A DNA stretch of 42,063 bases from Angelakisella sp. GTDB lineage: Bacteria > Bacillota > Clostridia > Oscillospirales > Ruminococcaceae. Shown piece after piece: positions 1-8,954 of this stretch. Location of the stretch: assembly GCA_013316495.1 (NCBI GenBank), contig WSMP01000001.1, positions 1-42,063 of the forward strand. The letters run 5' to 3'. How positions within the stretch are numbered: the stretch's first letter is position 1; every line of letters begins with the position of its first letter. Position numbers and translations under genes: made by a program. A model generated the notes under the pieces. The model was not told where the DNA came from, did no database searches, and was given only the letters and a program-made list of their open reading frames with translations.

Positions 1-116
1 GCACCGAGGGCGGCACCCTGGACGAGGGACGGCGGGTCTTTTGGTGACAAACGGCTGCCGCCGTTTGGAGCTGAAAAGCCCGACGGGCCGGTACCAGGGG
101 GCCGCACGGGCTACCC

Positions 117-147
117 ATCAAAAACATCCCGGTGGGATGTTTTTGAT
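117..147. terminator. Perfect 14-bp inverted repeat, probable bidirectional terminator or small palindromic repeat
   Basis: ATCAAAAACATCCC-GGT-GGGATGTTTTTGAT, downstream of the minus-strand peptidase operon. Confidence 0.55.
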
Positions 148-260
148 ACTGCGAAAGAACTGTGGGATTTACCTGCTCCCTTTTAGGCGTGACACCGCAA
201 GAAAACACCGGGGACCGCCGTACACAGCCCTCGGTGTATTCATCATTTCTTGTCTTCGTC

Positions 261-1403
261 TTAGGCGAAGGTGAGTTCCTCCATTGTGCGCCCAAAATCG
301 GTGGTATTCTCGTACCCGCCAGCGGTGAGGATAAGGGTATCCGAATGGCGGAACCCACCCACATGGGGGATGTAGATGCCCGGCTCCACGGTGAAGACCA
401 TCCCCTCCTGAAGCACCAGGTCGGAATCAAAGATGAGGAAAGGCTCCTCGTGGCGGCCCAGACCCTGTCCGTGGCCCACCCGATGGATGGCATATTCCCC
501 CAGACCGTACTTTTCCAGCACCCGCCGGGCCAGGGCGTCCATCTCCTTGGCGACAACGCCGGGACGGATTGCATCCAGCACCGCCATCTGGGCTTCCACC
601 ATGGCTTTAAAGGCCCGCTCCGCCTCCGGCTTCGGCTTCCCAACAAAGAAGGTGCGCTCCAGTTCCCCGTGGCAGCCGTTGATAGCGGGCTTGCGGACAT
701 GGATTACCATATCCCCCTCCTGGAACTTCCGCAGACCGGAAAAGACGTGGGGCATGTTGGTCCGTTCCACCCCAGAGGGGGTGAAGCAGGTGGGGGAGGA
801 AAAGACATAGGGATAATCCTCTCCGGAGATAAGGTCATAGAGGGCGGTGGTGCCGTACTGCTCAAACTCCAGCTCGGTGATGCCGGGGCGGGCGTGCTTC
901 AGCGAAACCCCCATGGCGTACCGGCAGAGCCGCCCGGCCTCCCGGATGCAGTCCTTTTCATACTCATCCTTGATGGCCCGCATCTGGGTCAGGGCGGGGG
1001 AAATGTTCACCAGGCGGCAGCCCCAGCTTTCCAGCATCTGGGCGTTGCCCAGGGTGATGACGCCGTATTCCACCCCCACCACCGGATTCGCCTTTTTGGC
1101 AAGAATGTTCTTCAGTATCGCAAAGGCGCTGGGGCATTCCACCGCCTTGGGGGGATGCTCGTAATAGACATGGAAGGCATCCGCCGCCGCGCTGGCAGCG
1201 TGCTCCTCCTCCAGGGCGGGGACGATAAGATGGGTCTCATCGCCTCCCACCACAAAGCGGATGGGGCGGGTATAGGTGATGGCCTGAAAACAGCTGAAAT
1301 AGTTCATATTCTCCGGCCCGGCCAGGACGCAGAAGTCCAAACCCTCCTGGCTCATCAGCTGGCGCAGTTTTCCAAGGCGTTCTTTGGCGGGGAAGGGTAC
1401 CAT
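261..1403 (-). CDS. Xaa-Pro peptidase family (M24B) metallopeptidase
   Basis: Creatinase-like N-terminus; motifs HRVGHGQGLGRHEEP, FTVEPGIY, GGFRHSD; AGGAGG RBS upstream of the ATG. Confidence 0.9.
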   Translation of the reverse strand: MVPFPAKERLGKLRQLMSQEGLDFCVLAGPENMNYFSCFQAITYTRPIRFVVGGDETHLIVPALEEEHAASAAADAFHVYYEHPPKAVECPSAFAILKNILAKKANPVVGVEYGVITLGNAQMLESWGCRLVNISPALTQMRAIKDEYEKDCIREAGRLCRYAMGVSLKHARPGITELEFEQYGTTALYDLISGEDYPYVFSSPTCFTPSGVERTNMPHVFSGLRKFQEGDMVIHVRKPAINGCHGELERTFFVGKPKPEAERAFKAMVEAQMAVLDAIRPGVVAKEMDALARRVLEKYGLGEYAIHRVGHGQGLGRHEEPFLIFDSDLVLQEGMVFTVEPGIYIPHVGGFRHSDTLILTAGGYENTTDFGRTMEELTFA

Positions 1404-1507
1404 ATGAAGACCTCCTTTGTATAACGAAGACCATGTTCTTTCAAGATGGGGCCGCGCCTAAACCGGTGCGGCCCCATAAGCGAGGGAGGGAAATAGAAGA
1501 AAGCGAA

Positions 1508-2698
1508 TTAGAGCTCAAACCCCAGGAAATCGGCGGCCATGCCGATGATGGTGAGCATACCGGTGGGGATGCTCTTGGGGTCGCTGTAGTAGGTGGGAGA
1601 ATGGGCGGAGCCGTAGGGGCCGCCGGGGGTGTGGGAACCCAGACGGATAAAGACGCCCGGCTTCTTCTCCTTGATGAAGGCGAAGTCCTCTCCGCCCATG
1701 GCGGCGTAGGGCATCATCACCACATTTTCCTTGCCCAGCATCTTCTCCCCCACCCGGATAGCCCGGTCCACCCACTCGTCCTCGCAGACGAAGGGGGGCA
1801 CGCCCCGGATGTACTCCACATCGGCGGTAACCCGGTAGGCCTCGGCGATGGAGGCGGCCACCCGCTTGAGGCTCTCTTCCGCCCGGTCCCGGTCGGCGGC
1901 GTTAAGGGTGCGGACGGTGCCGGTAATCTCCACCTTATCGGGGACGATGTTGTGGGCGCGGCCCCCGTGGATGGTGCAGACCGAAACCACCACCGCGTTG
2001 GCGGGGTTGGTCTCCCTGGAGACCAGGGTCTGAAGGCCGGTGACGATGGCGCTGGCGGCCACAATGGGGTCCCGAACGGTGTGGCAGTGGGCGCCGTGGC
2101 CCCCCACCCCGTTGACGGTAATATGGAACTCATCGGCACTGGCCAGGATGGCCCCGTACCGCACCCCAATGGTCCCGGCTTCAATCTCCGGGGAGCAGTG
2201 GAGGGCGGTGATAGCATCAATCTTGTCAAAGTCAATCTCCGGGTCGTTCAGGAAGAGCTTGGCCCCCTGGAGAATCTCCTCGGCGGGCTGGATGAAGAAA
2301 TAAAGGGAGCCGGAGAACTGGTCCTTGCATTTGCTGAGGATGGAAGCGGCCCCCACGTTGATGGTGCCGTGGATATCATGGCCGCAGGCGTGCATCACAC
2401 CGGGGACCTTGGAGCAGGGGGACATGGAGGGGTCCTCCTGGATGGGCAGGGCGTCAATATCCCCCCGGAAGACGATGGTGCGGCCGGGGCCGGGCTTGGT
2501 GCCCTTAATCTCAAAGAAAAGGCCAGTCTCCCCCACCCTTTTCAGGCGGTCGTAAGCCACATTCTTCTTGACGTACTCCTCCAGCAGCGCGCAGGTGTTG
2601 TACTCCTTCATGCTCAGCTCCGGATTTTCGTGGATGTGGTTGCGCATGGCGGTGATCTCCGGGGTGATCTCCTCCACCGCTTTGCGGACGTCGATCAT
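1508..2698 (-). CDS. M20D family amidohydrolase
   Basis: Motifs HENPELS, RGDIDALP, MHACGHD, FIQPAEE, GGEDFA. Confidence 0.93.
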   Translation of the reverse strand: MIDVRKAVEEITPEITAMRNHIHENPELSMKEYNTCALLEEYVKKNVAYDRLKRVGETGLFFEIKGTKPGPGRTIVFRGDIDALPIQEDPSMSPCSKVPGVMHACGHDIHGTINVGAASILSKCKDQFSGSLYFFIQPAEEILQGAKLFLNDPEIDFDKIDAITALHCSPEIEAGTIGVRYGAILASADEFHITVNGVGGHGAHCHTVRDPIVAASAIVTGLQTLVSRETNPANAVVVSVCTIHGGRAHNIVPDKVEITGTVRTLNAADRDRAEESLKRVAASIAEAYRVTADVEYIRGVPPFVCEDEWVDRAIRVGEKMLGKENVVMMPYAAMGGEDFAFIKEKKPGVFIRLGSHTPGGPYGSAHSPTYYSDPKSIPTGMLTIIGMAADFLGFEL

Positions 2699-2735
2699 GG
2701 CGTTTCACTCCTTGGTTTTGATTGAATTTTATGAA

Positions 2736-2773
2736 GAGAGGACCCGCCGGGAGCGAATCCTGCGGGTCCTCTC
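2736..2773 (-). terminator. Intergenic stem-loop between transporter and amidohydrolase
   Basis: GAGAGGACCCGC...GCGGGTCCTCTC 12-bp inverted repeat. Confidence 0.45.
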
Positions 2774-2802
2774 CTGTGGACAGAAACCGGTATTATTGGT
2801 TC

Positions 2803-4227
2803 TTAGAACCCGACCCAGCCCGCAGCAGACAGGCCCATGGTGATGGCGGCCGCCACAAGGTACTGGATGACCAGGAACTTGATGGCCCACTTGATGTACT
2901 TGGAGTAGCTGACGCCCACCATAGCGAGGCAGCCCATCATAGGACCGTTGAGGGGGGTGAGGAGGTTGCCCAGGCCGTCGCCGAACTGGAAGGCCTGCAC
3001 CGCCACCTGACGGGTCATGCCCACCAGGTCCGCAATGGGGACCATCAGGGGCATCACCATGGCGGCCTGGCCGGAGCCGGAGGGCACCAGGACATTGATG
3101 AGAACGTTGATGATGACCATGAAACCGGCACCCAAAACGGAGCCCATCATGGCAACAGGCATACTGAGGACGTTGACGATGGTATCAATGACCTTGCCGC
3201 TGTTGAGGATAACCGCCACAGCGCTGGCAAAGCCAGTGACCAGAGAGGCGTAGACCATGGGCTGGCAGCCCTTGATGAACTTCCGGGCAATCTCGTTCAT
3301 GGAGAAGCCGGAGAGGATGCCGGTGACCACGGCCAGACCGACAAAGAAGGAAGCGATCTTCTTGGCGGGCCAGCTGTTGAGGATGGTGAAGGTGACGCAG
3401 AAGATAACACCCAGGAAGAAGACAGCCACGGTGATGGCCTGGCGCTTGGTCATCTTGGTGTCGTCGGCGCTGGCGCCGTCCACGGGACCCATGTAATCCT
3501 TCAGCTCCATACCGGCCTCGTAGTTGAGGCTGCGGGTGGGATCCTTCTTGATGGTCTTAAAATACAGGAGGGTGAGACCATACAGATAGCAGATGTTCAG
3601 CAGGCAGCAGATGACGCGGGGACCCATGCCGGAGAAGATGGGAATCTCCGCCAGGGTCTGGGCCACACCCAGGATGCCGGGGTTGGCAAAGCCGACGGAG
3701 AAACCGGACTGGAGGCCCCAGTAGATGATGAGGAAGCCCAGGAAGGCGTCGCCGCCCATAGCGCGGGCCATAAAGACGCCGATGAGGATGATGGCGGTGC
3801 CCAGATTGCCGAAGACGCCAGCGGCGTTGCCCAGGCCCAGGGCGAACATGACGGCGGCAATAGCGATGGCCTCCTTGCCCCGGAGCTTCCGGGCCATGGT
3901 GGAGAAGGCAGCGGTAAGGGCCTTGGATTCATCCAGCATGTTGACGGCGGCGCCGCAGAAGATAATCATAAAGATGGTGCCGGCGCTGTTGATGCAGCCC
4001 TGGAAGATAGCCTGGAGCATATCCCAGGGGGTCTGGGGAACACGGTCGATGTACTGGAAGCTGCCGGGAACGACCTTGGTGAGGGTCCCTTCGGTAACCC
4101 GCTCAAAGCTGCCGGCGGGGACGATCCAGGTGGCGATCATCGCCACGATGCACATGAGGAATACCAGAGCGTAAACATCCGGGAATTCCCTTTTTTTCTT
4201 TTCCGGTGCAGCCTGTGCTTTTGCCAT
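2803..4227 (-). CDS. YfcC/DcuC-like (C4-dicarboxylate anaerobic carrier family) membrane transporter
   Basis: Polytopic hydrophobic protein with ATWIVPAGSF, VPSGSGQA and AFQFGDG motifs; start moved to the ATG at 4227, which follows an AAGGAG RBS. Confidence 0.85.
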   Translation of the reverse strand: MAKAQAAPEKKKREFPDVYALVFLMCIVAMIATWIVPAGSFERVTEGTLTKVVPGSFQYIDRVPQTPWDMLQAIFQGCINSAGTIFMIIFCGAAVNMLDESKALTAAFSTMARKLRGKEAIAIAAVMFALGLGNAAGVFGNLGTAIILIGVFMARAMGGDAFLGFLIIYWGLQSGFSVGFANPGILGVAQTLAEIPIFSGMGPRVICCLLNICYLYGLTLLYFKTIKKDPTRSLNYEAGMELKDYMGPVDGASADDTKMTKRQAITVAVFFLGVIFCVTFTILNSWPAKKIASFFVGLAVVTGILSGFSMNEIARKFIKGCQPMVYASLVTGFASAVAVILNSGKVIDTIVNVLSMPVAMMGSVLGAGFMVIINVLINVLVPSGSGQAAMVMPLMVPIADLVGMTRQVAVQAFQFGDGLGNLLTPLNGPMMGCLAMVGVSYSKYIKWAIKFLVIQYLVAAAITMGLSAAGWVGF

Positions 4228-4672
4228 AGGATACAACACTCCTTTTCTTTTGGCTGCCGGGTTTTCTGCTGGCAGCCTTTGTTTTTTGCCGTGCGTCACA
4301 CACACTTACCCTGTCAGCCGCCGGGGGAGATTCCTTTGGCGGCCTTCCAATGACATTATAGCGAACCGGCCCGTTTTTTTCAGGTGCAACTGACATTTTG
4401 TATCATTGGCTACATCGTGACTTTTTGTACGTTAAATTGTTAAATCCCGACGTTTTTACAGGCGTTTTCTTGTCTTATCCAACAAAATGCACCAGGGCGC
4501 TTTTACATGTTGTCCATTATGTACAAAAAATACACAGAAATTTTGGCGTTTTGGGACTGGATTCGCTTTGTCCTAGCTTTATTATATCCCCTTCCCCACC
4601 CCTTGTACAATTCTTTATTGTCGAAAAAACTTTCTTTATCACACTGCCGCACATTCCGCACAAGGGGAAACC

Positions 4673-4701
4673 TTGATTTCCGGGTGGCAATCCACTATAC
4701 T
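4673..4701 (+). promoter_or_regulatory. Sigma70/SigA-type promoter for ABC transporter
   Basis: TTGATT-17 nt-TATACT. Confidence 0.6.
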
Positions 4702-4740
4702 TAATACTGGCTTTTGTGCTTCCAGAAAGGGGGAATTGCT

Positions 4741-6474
4741 ATGCTGCGGCGTCTGCTAACCTACTTTAAGCCCTACAAGGGGCTGCTGGCCCTGGACCTT
4801 GTCTGCGCCTTCCTGCTGGCGGGGTTTGACCTGTTCTACCCCACCATCACCGGAAAGATCATTGATATTTACATCCCCCGGCAAATGCTCCAGCAGCTGG
4901 TCTTCTGGCTCTGTGCCCTGTTGGGGCTGTACCTCCTCAAGGCGGTGTGCAAATACGTTGTCACCTTCTACGGCCACGCCATGGGGGTGCGCATCCAGAC
5001 GGATATGCGCCGCCAGGTGTTCCAGAAGCTCCAGGAGCTGCCCTTTTCCTACTTCGATAAAAACAAGACGGGGGTCATCATGTCCCGTATTGTGGGGGAT
5101 CTCCAGGACATCAGCGAGCTGACCCACCACGGCCCGGAGGAGCTGTTCATCACCGCCGTCACCCTCACCGGCTCCTTTCTCATCCTCTCCCGGTCCAGCC
5201 TTCCCCTCACCCTCATCATCTTCGCCTTCATCCCCGCCATTGTGGCGGCGGCGGGATGGAAGAAACGGAAAATGAACCGGGCCTTCGCCCTGATGCGCCG
5301 CACTGTGGGGGAGATGAACGCCGACCTGGAGAGCAGCATCGCCGGCATCCGGGTGAGCCGGGCCTTTACCGGGGAGGAGCACGAATCCGGCCGGTTCGAG
5401 CACGCCAACCAGACCTACCGCCAGAGCCGGGAGTACGGCTACCGGGCCATGGGGGAGTACTACACCCTTCTCTACCTCCTTACCGACCTGCTCTACTGGG
5501 CCACCCTGGCGGGGGCTGCTGTCTTCACCTTCTATGGCTCCATCACCCCCGGTATGCTGGTGCAGTACATCCTGTACGTCTCCCTTTTTATGAACTCCAC
5601 CAAGCGCCTGGTGGACTTTGCCGAAATGTACGAAATGGGGATGACCGGCTTCGCCCGCTTTCTGGAGATTTTGGACTGCGACAGCGAGCGGGAACTCCCC
5701 GGCGCCCCTGCTCTGCCCCCGGTCCGGGGGGAGATTGCCTTCCAAAACGTCTCCTTCTCCTACGAGGGGGAGGGAGAGGAGGACGGCAAGGCGGTGCTGC
5801 GCCACCTGAACCTGACGGTGGAGGCCGGGCAGAAGGTGGCGGTGGTGGGACCCTCCGGCAGCGGAAAGACCACCCTTTGCCACCTGGTCCCCCGCTTCTA
5901 CGACACCACTGAGGGCCAGATTCTGGTGGATGGCCGGGACATCACTCAGGTAAGCCTCCCCTCCCTGCGGCGGCAGGTGGGCATCGTCCAGCAGGATGTC
6001 TTCCTCTTCCCCGGTTCCTTCCGGGAGAACATCGCCTACGGGCGGTTCGACGCCACCCCAGAGGAAATTGAGGATGCGGCCCGGCGCGCCAACATCCACG
6101 ACTTTATCCTAACCCAGCCCCAGGGGTACGAAACCCTGGTGGGGGAGCGGGGAGTCCGTCTTTCCGGCGGGCAGAAGCAGCGCATCGCCATCGCCCGTGT
6201 CTTCCTGAAAAACCCTGCCATTCTCATTCTGGACGAGGCCACCAGCGCCCTGGATAACACCACCGAGCTGCTGATTCAGGAGGCTTTGGATGAGCTGTGC
6301 AAGGGACGCACCACCCTGGTGGTGGCCCATCGCCTTTCCACCATCAAGGGGGCGGACAAGATTGTGGTCCTCACCGAGGAGGGCATCCAGGAGGAGGGCA
6401 CCCACCAGCAGCTGCTGGAACGGGACGGCCTCTACACCCGCCTGTACAACAGCCAGTTCGCGGCGCAGGGCTGA
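4741..6474 (+). CDS. ABC exporter, fused permease/ATP-binding protein (MsbA/MdlB-like)
   Basis: N-terminal transmembrane domain; Walker A GPSGSGKT, signature LSGGQKQR, Walker B ILILDEATS. Confidence 0.93.
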   Translation: MLRRLLTYFKPYKGLLALDLVCAFLLAGFDLFYPTITGKIIDIYIPRQMLQQLVFWLCALLGLYLLKAVCKYVVTFYGHAMGVRIQTDMRRQVFQKLQELPFSYFDKNKTGVIMSRIVGDLQDISELTHHGPEELFITAVTLTGSFLILSRSSLPLTLIIFAFIPAIVAAAGWKKRKMNRAFALMRRTVGEMNADLESSIAGIRVSRAFTGEEHESGRFEHANQTYRQSREYGYRAMGEYYTLLYLLTDLLYWATLAGAAVFTFYGSITPGMLVQYILYVSLFMNSTKRLVDFAEMYEMGMTGFARFLEILDCDSERELPGAPALPPVRGEIAFQNVSFSYEGEGEEDGKAVLRHLNLTVEAGQKVAVVGPSGSGKTTLCHLVPRFYDTTEGQILVDGRDITQVSLPSLRRQVGIVQQDVFLFPGSFRENIAYGRFDATPEEIEDAARRANIHDFILTQPQGYETLVGERGVRLSGGQKQRIAIARVFLKNPAILILDEATSALDNTTELLIQEALDELCKGRTTLVVAHRLSTIKGADKIVVLTEEGIQEEGTHQQLLERDGLYTRLYNSQFAAQG

Positions 6475-6499
6475 ATACGGGGCTCCGCCCCGGACCCCG

Positions 6500-6544
6500 C
6501 TTCTTATTCTTTTCGCGGGAAAAGAATAGGAAGCAAAAAGAAAA
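6500..6544. repeat. Dispersed palindromic intergenic repeat, copy 1
   Basis: CTTCTTATTCTTTTC-GCGG-GAAAAGAATAGGAAG-CAAAAAGAAAA; near-identical to 8778-8822. Confidence 0.7.
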
Positions 6545-6650
6545 ACGCCGGGGTGCCCCCGGCATCTCTCCCTGCACGGCCTTCGGCCTTATCTGGGCAA
6601 AGGGCCCAGAGACTATGGAGGACCTTCGGGGGAATGAGGGGAGGGGTTCT

Positions 6651-7253
6651 ATGCCTTGGGAACATATCACCTACCAGGAACAGGACTTCCGGGATGAGGA
6701 CTGGTCGGAATCGGAGCTTACCGGCTGCACCTTTGACCGGTGCGGCTTTACCGGCGGGAGCTTTGCCGGAAGCCGCCTCTCCCGCTGCGTCTTCACTGGG
6801 TGCCGGTTCCGCTTTGTCGATTTTTCCAGTGTCACCGCCAAAAACTGCGCTTTTTTAAACTGCGTCTTTGATGAGGCAAATCTCTTTGGGGCGGTGCTGA
6901 GCCACTGCAAATGCACCGGCAGCAGCTTTTCCGGGGCCAGAACCACCGGCCTTTCCCTGGAGGCGGGCAGCTACCAGTATTGCGACCTTTCCCGCCTCTC
7001 CCTGGCGGAGGCGGAGCTGGTGGGGGCCTCCTTCGCCCACGCAGACCTGCGGGAATGCTCCCTCCGGGGGGCGGACCTGCGGTACTGCGACTTTACCCAA
7101 GCCCTGATGCAGGGCTGCGACCTCACCAAAGCGGACCTGCGGGGGGCCACCCTGGCCGGGGTGGAGGTGCGGGCGCTGAAAATGAAGGAGACCTCCATCG
7201 ACCTGCCCATTGCGGTGGCTATTGCCGAAGGGATGGGGGCAAAGCTGTTCTAG
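6651..7253 (+). CDS. Pentapeptide repeat protein
   Basis: Tandem A/C-D/N/S-L/F-x-x repeats (e.g. ADLRE CSLRG ADLRY CDFTQ); GAGGGG RBS before the ATG at 6651. Confidence 0.88.
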   Translation: MPWEHITYQEQDFRDEDWSESELTGCTFDRCGFTGGSFAGSRLSRCVFTGCRFRFVDFSSVTAKNCAFLNCVFDEANLFGAVLSHCKCTGSSFSGARTTGLSLEAGSYQYCDLSRLSLAEAELVGASFAHADLRECSLRGADLRYCDFTQALMQGCDLTKADLRGATLAGVEVRALKMKETSIDLPIAVAIAEGMGAKLF

Positions 7254-7307
7254 TATAAAAAGCTGTACCAATAGCCGCCGCAAGCACCTCGGCAACAAAT
7301 TTCCCGC

Positions 7308-7369
7308 CTGTCTTTGTCCCAAAAACTTGAAAGCCATGAAGGATTCCTTCGTTTTTGGGACTTTGACAG
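7308..7369. repeat. Interrupted intergenic inverted repeat (terminator or miniature palindromic element)
   Basis: CTGTC-ttt-GTCCCAAAAAC ... GTTTTTGGGAC-ttt-GACAG. Confidence 0.5.
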
Positions 7370-7435
7370 CCAAAAAATTTCCTTGCCGATTTGCATACTT
7401 CGGCCAATGGTACAACTTCTAAAAGAAGGTGCGCT

Positions 7436-8095
7436 ATGAAAATTTCTTCCAACTTTGATAACCTGGATGACCGCATCCGCTACTATGAGCTTTTGCTGGA
7501 GCGGGAACTAGACTGCCTGCCCGCTTATCCCCTTCCGGAGGGCTACCGGTTTGTCTTTTACCAGCCCGGAGACCGGGAAAGCTGGCTGACCATTGAGCAA
7601 TCTGCCAAGGAGTTCCCGGACCGGAAACGGGGTCTGGAGCTGTGGGAGCAATACTTTGGCGGCCACCAGGAGGAACTCCCCCGGCGAATGCTGTTTTTAG
7701 AAAACGAGGCCGGGGAAAAGGTTGCCACCGCCAGCGCCTATTACGACGTCATCTGTGGCGACGCCAGCGGCTCCGCCTGGCTTCATTGGGTAGCGGTGCG
7801 GCGGGATCACCAGGGACGGGGGCTCTCCAAACCGCTGGTGGCCCAGGCACTTCGGGTAATGGCGGAGCTGGGCTACACCCACGCCAAGGTCCCCACCCAG
7901 ACCACCTCCTGGGTGGCCGTGAAGGTCTACCTGGACCTGGGCTTCCTGCCCATTCCCCAAAATGCTGCAAACAGCTACGAGGGCTGGCGCATCGCCCGGA
8001 CCCTCACCGGCCATCCGGCCCTGCGGGAGTTCCCTCCTGTGTCCGTGGAGGAGATAACGGGCAAATCTCCGGCGGCAGAGACACCAAAGGACTGA
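7436..8095 (+). CDS. GNAT family N-acetyltransferase
   Basis: Acetyl-CoA binding motif VAVRRDHQGRGLSK and AVKVYLDLGF; AGAAGG RBS before the ATG at 7436. Confidence 0.85.
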   Translation: MKISSNFDNLDDRIRYYELLLERELDCLPAYPLPEGYRFVFYQPGDRESWLTIEQSAKEFPDRKRGLELWEQYFGGHQEELPRRMLFLENEAGEKVATASAYYDVICGDASGSAWLHWVAVRRDHQGRGLSKPLVAQALRVMAELGYTHAKVPTQTTSWVAVKVYLDLGFLPIPQNAANSYEGWRIARTLTGHPALREFPPVSVEEITGKSPAAETPKD

Positions 8096-8121
8096 TAAAA
8101 ACTGACAAGGGGGCATTCATC

Positions 8122-8760
8122 ATGCGTACAGCGGGACAGACTATGATTATCGGCATCGCCGGGGGCACCGGCAGCGGCAAAACCACCGTCACCCGGAAAA
8201 TCAAGGAATACTTTGGGGAGGATGTCAGCGTCATTTACCACGATAACTACTATAAGCGCCACGACGAACTCCCCTATGCCGAGCGGGCCAAGCTGAACTA
8301 CGACCACCCCGACGCCTTTGATACCGATAGGATGGTGGAGGACCTGCGACGGCTCCGGGCCGGGGAGGCGGTGCGCTGCCCGGTTTATGATTATTCCATC
8401 CACAACCGCACCGACGAAACGGTGGAGGTTCGCCCCACCAAGGTGGTTATCGCCGAGGGGATTCTTATCTTTGCGGACCCCCAGCTGCGGGAGCAGATGG
8501 ACATTAAAATTTTTGTGGACACCGATGCGGACACCCGCATCCTGCGGCGCATCCTCCGGGATGTAAAGGAGCGGGGACGGACCCTGGAAAGCGTCATCAA
8601 CCAATATCTCACCACCGTTAAGCCCATGCACGAGCAGTACGTCCAGCCCAGCCGCAAGTACGCCGATATCGTTATGCTGGAGGGCGGGCACAACCTGGTG
8701 GCCCTGGATATGATTATCCAGCGCATCCGCGGCCATGTGGAGAGGACGGCGCAGAATTAA
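8122..8760 (+). CDS. udk: Uridine kinase
   Basis: IIGIAGGTGSGKTT, NYDHPDAFD, EGILIF, RRILRDVKERGR, VKPMHEQYV. Confidence 0.93.
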   Translation: MRTAGQTMIIGIAGGTGSGKTTVTRKIKEYFGEDVSVIYHDNYYKRHDELPYAERAKLNYDHPDAFDTDRMVEDLRRLRAGEAVRCPVYDYSIHNRTDETVEVRPTKVVIAEGILIFADPQLREQMDIKIFVDTDADTRILRRILRDVKERGRTLESVINQYLTTVKPMHEQYVQPSRKYADIVMLEGGHNLVALDMIIQRIRGHVERTAQN

Positions 8761-8777
8761 ATCCGGCCCCTCTTTCC

Positions 8778-8822
8778 CTTCTTTTTCTTTTCACGGGAAA
8801 AGAAAAAGAAGCAAAAAGAAAA
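8778..8822. repeat. Dispersed palindromic intergenic repeat, copy 2
   Basis: CTTCTTTTTCTTTTC-ACGG-GAAAAGAAAAAGAAG-CAAAAAGAAAA (perfect 15-bp stem). Confidence 0.7.
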
Positions 8823-8954
8823 GCGGCCAAGGTCATTGCAAAAGGTCGATAGGGGCAGAAATTCCAAGGAAATGCGGCGCCCCAAGTTAGGGGGGCTTCG
8901 CAAAAGTTTTGTGGTTCTTTTTTCTCCTGAACTGTCAAGTGAGGTTTACAGACT

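Noticed and set aside
1-47. 3' end of an upstream plus-strand gene (…TEGGTLDEGRRVFW*)
   Set aside because: Too short to identify or confirm.
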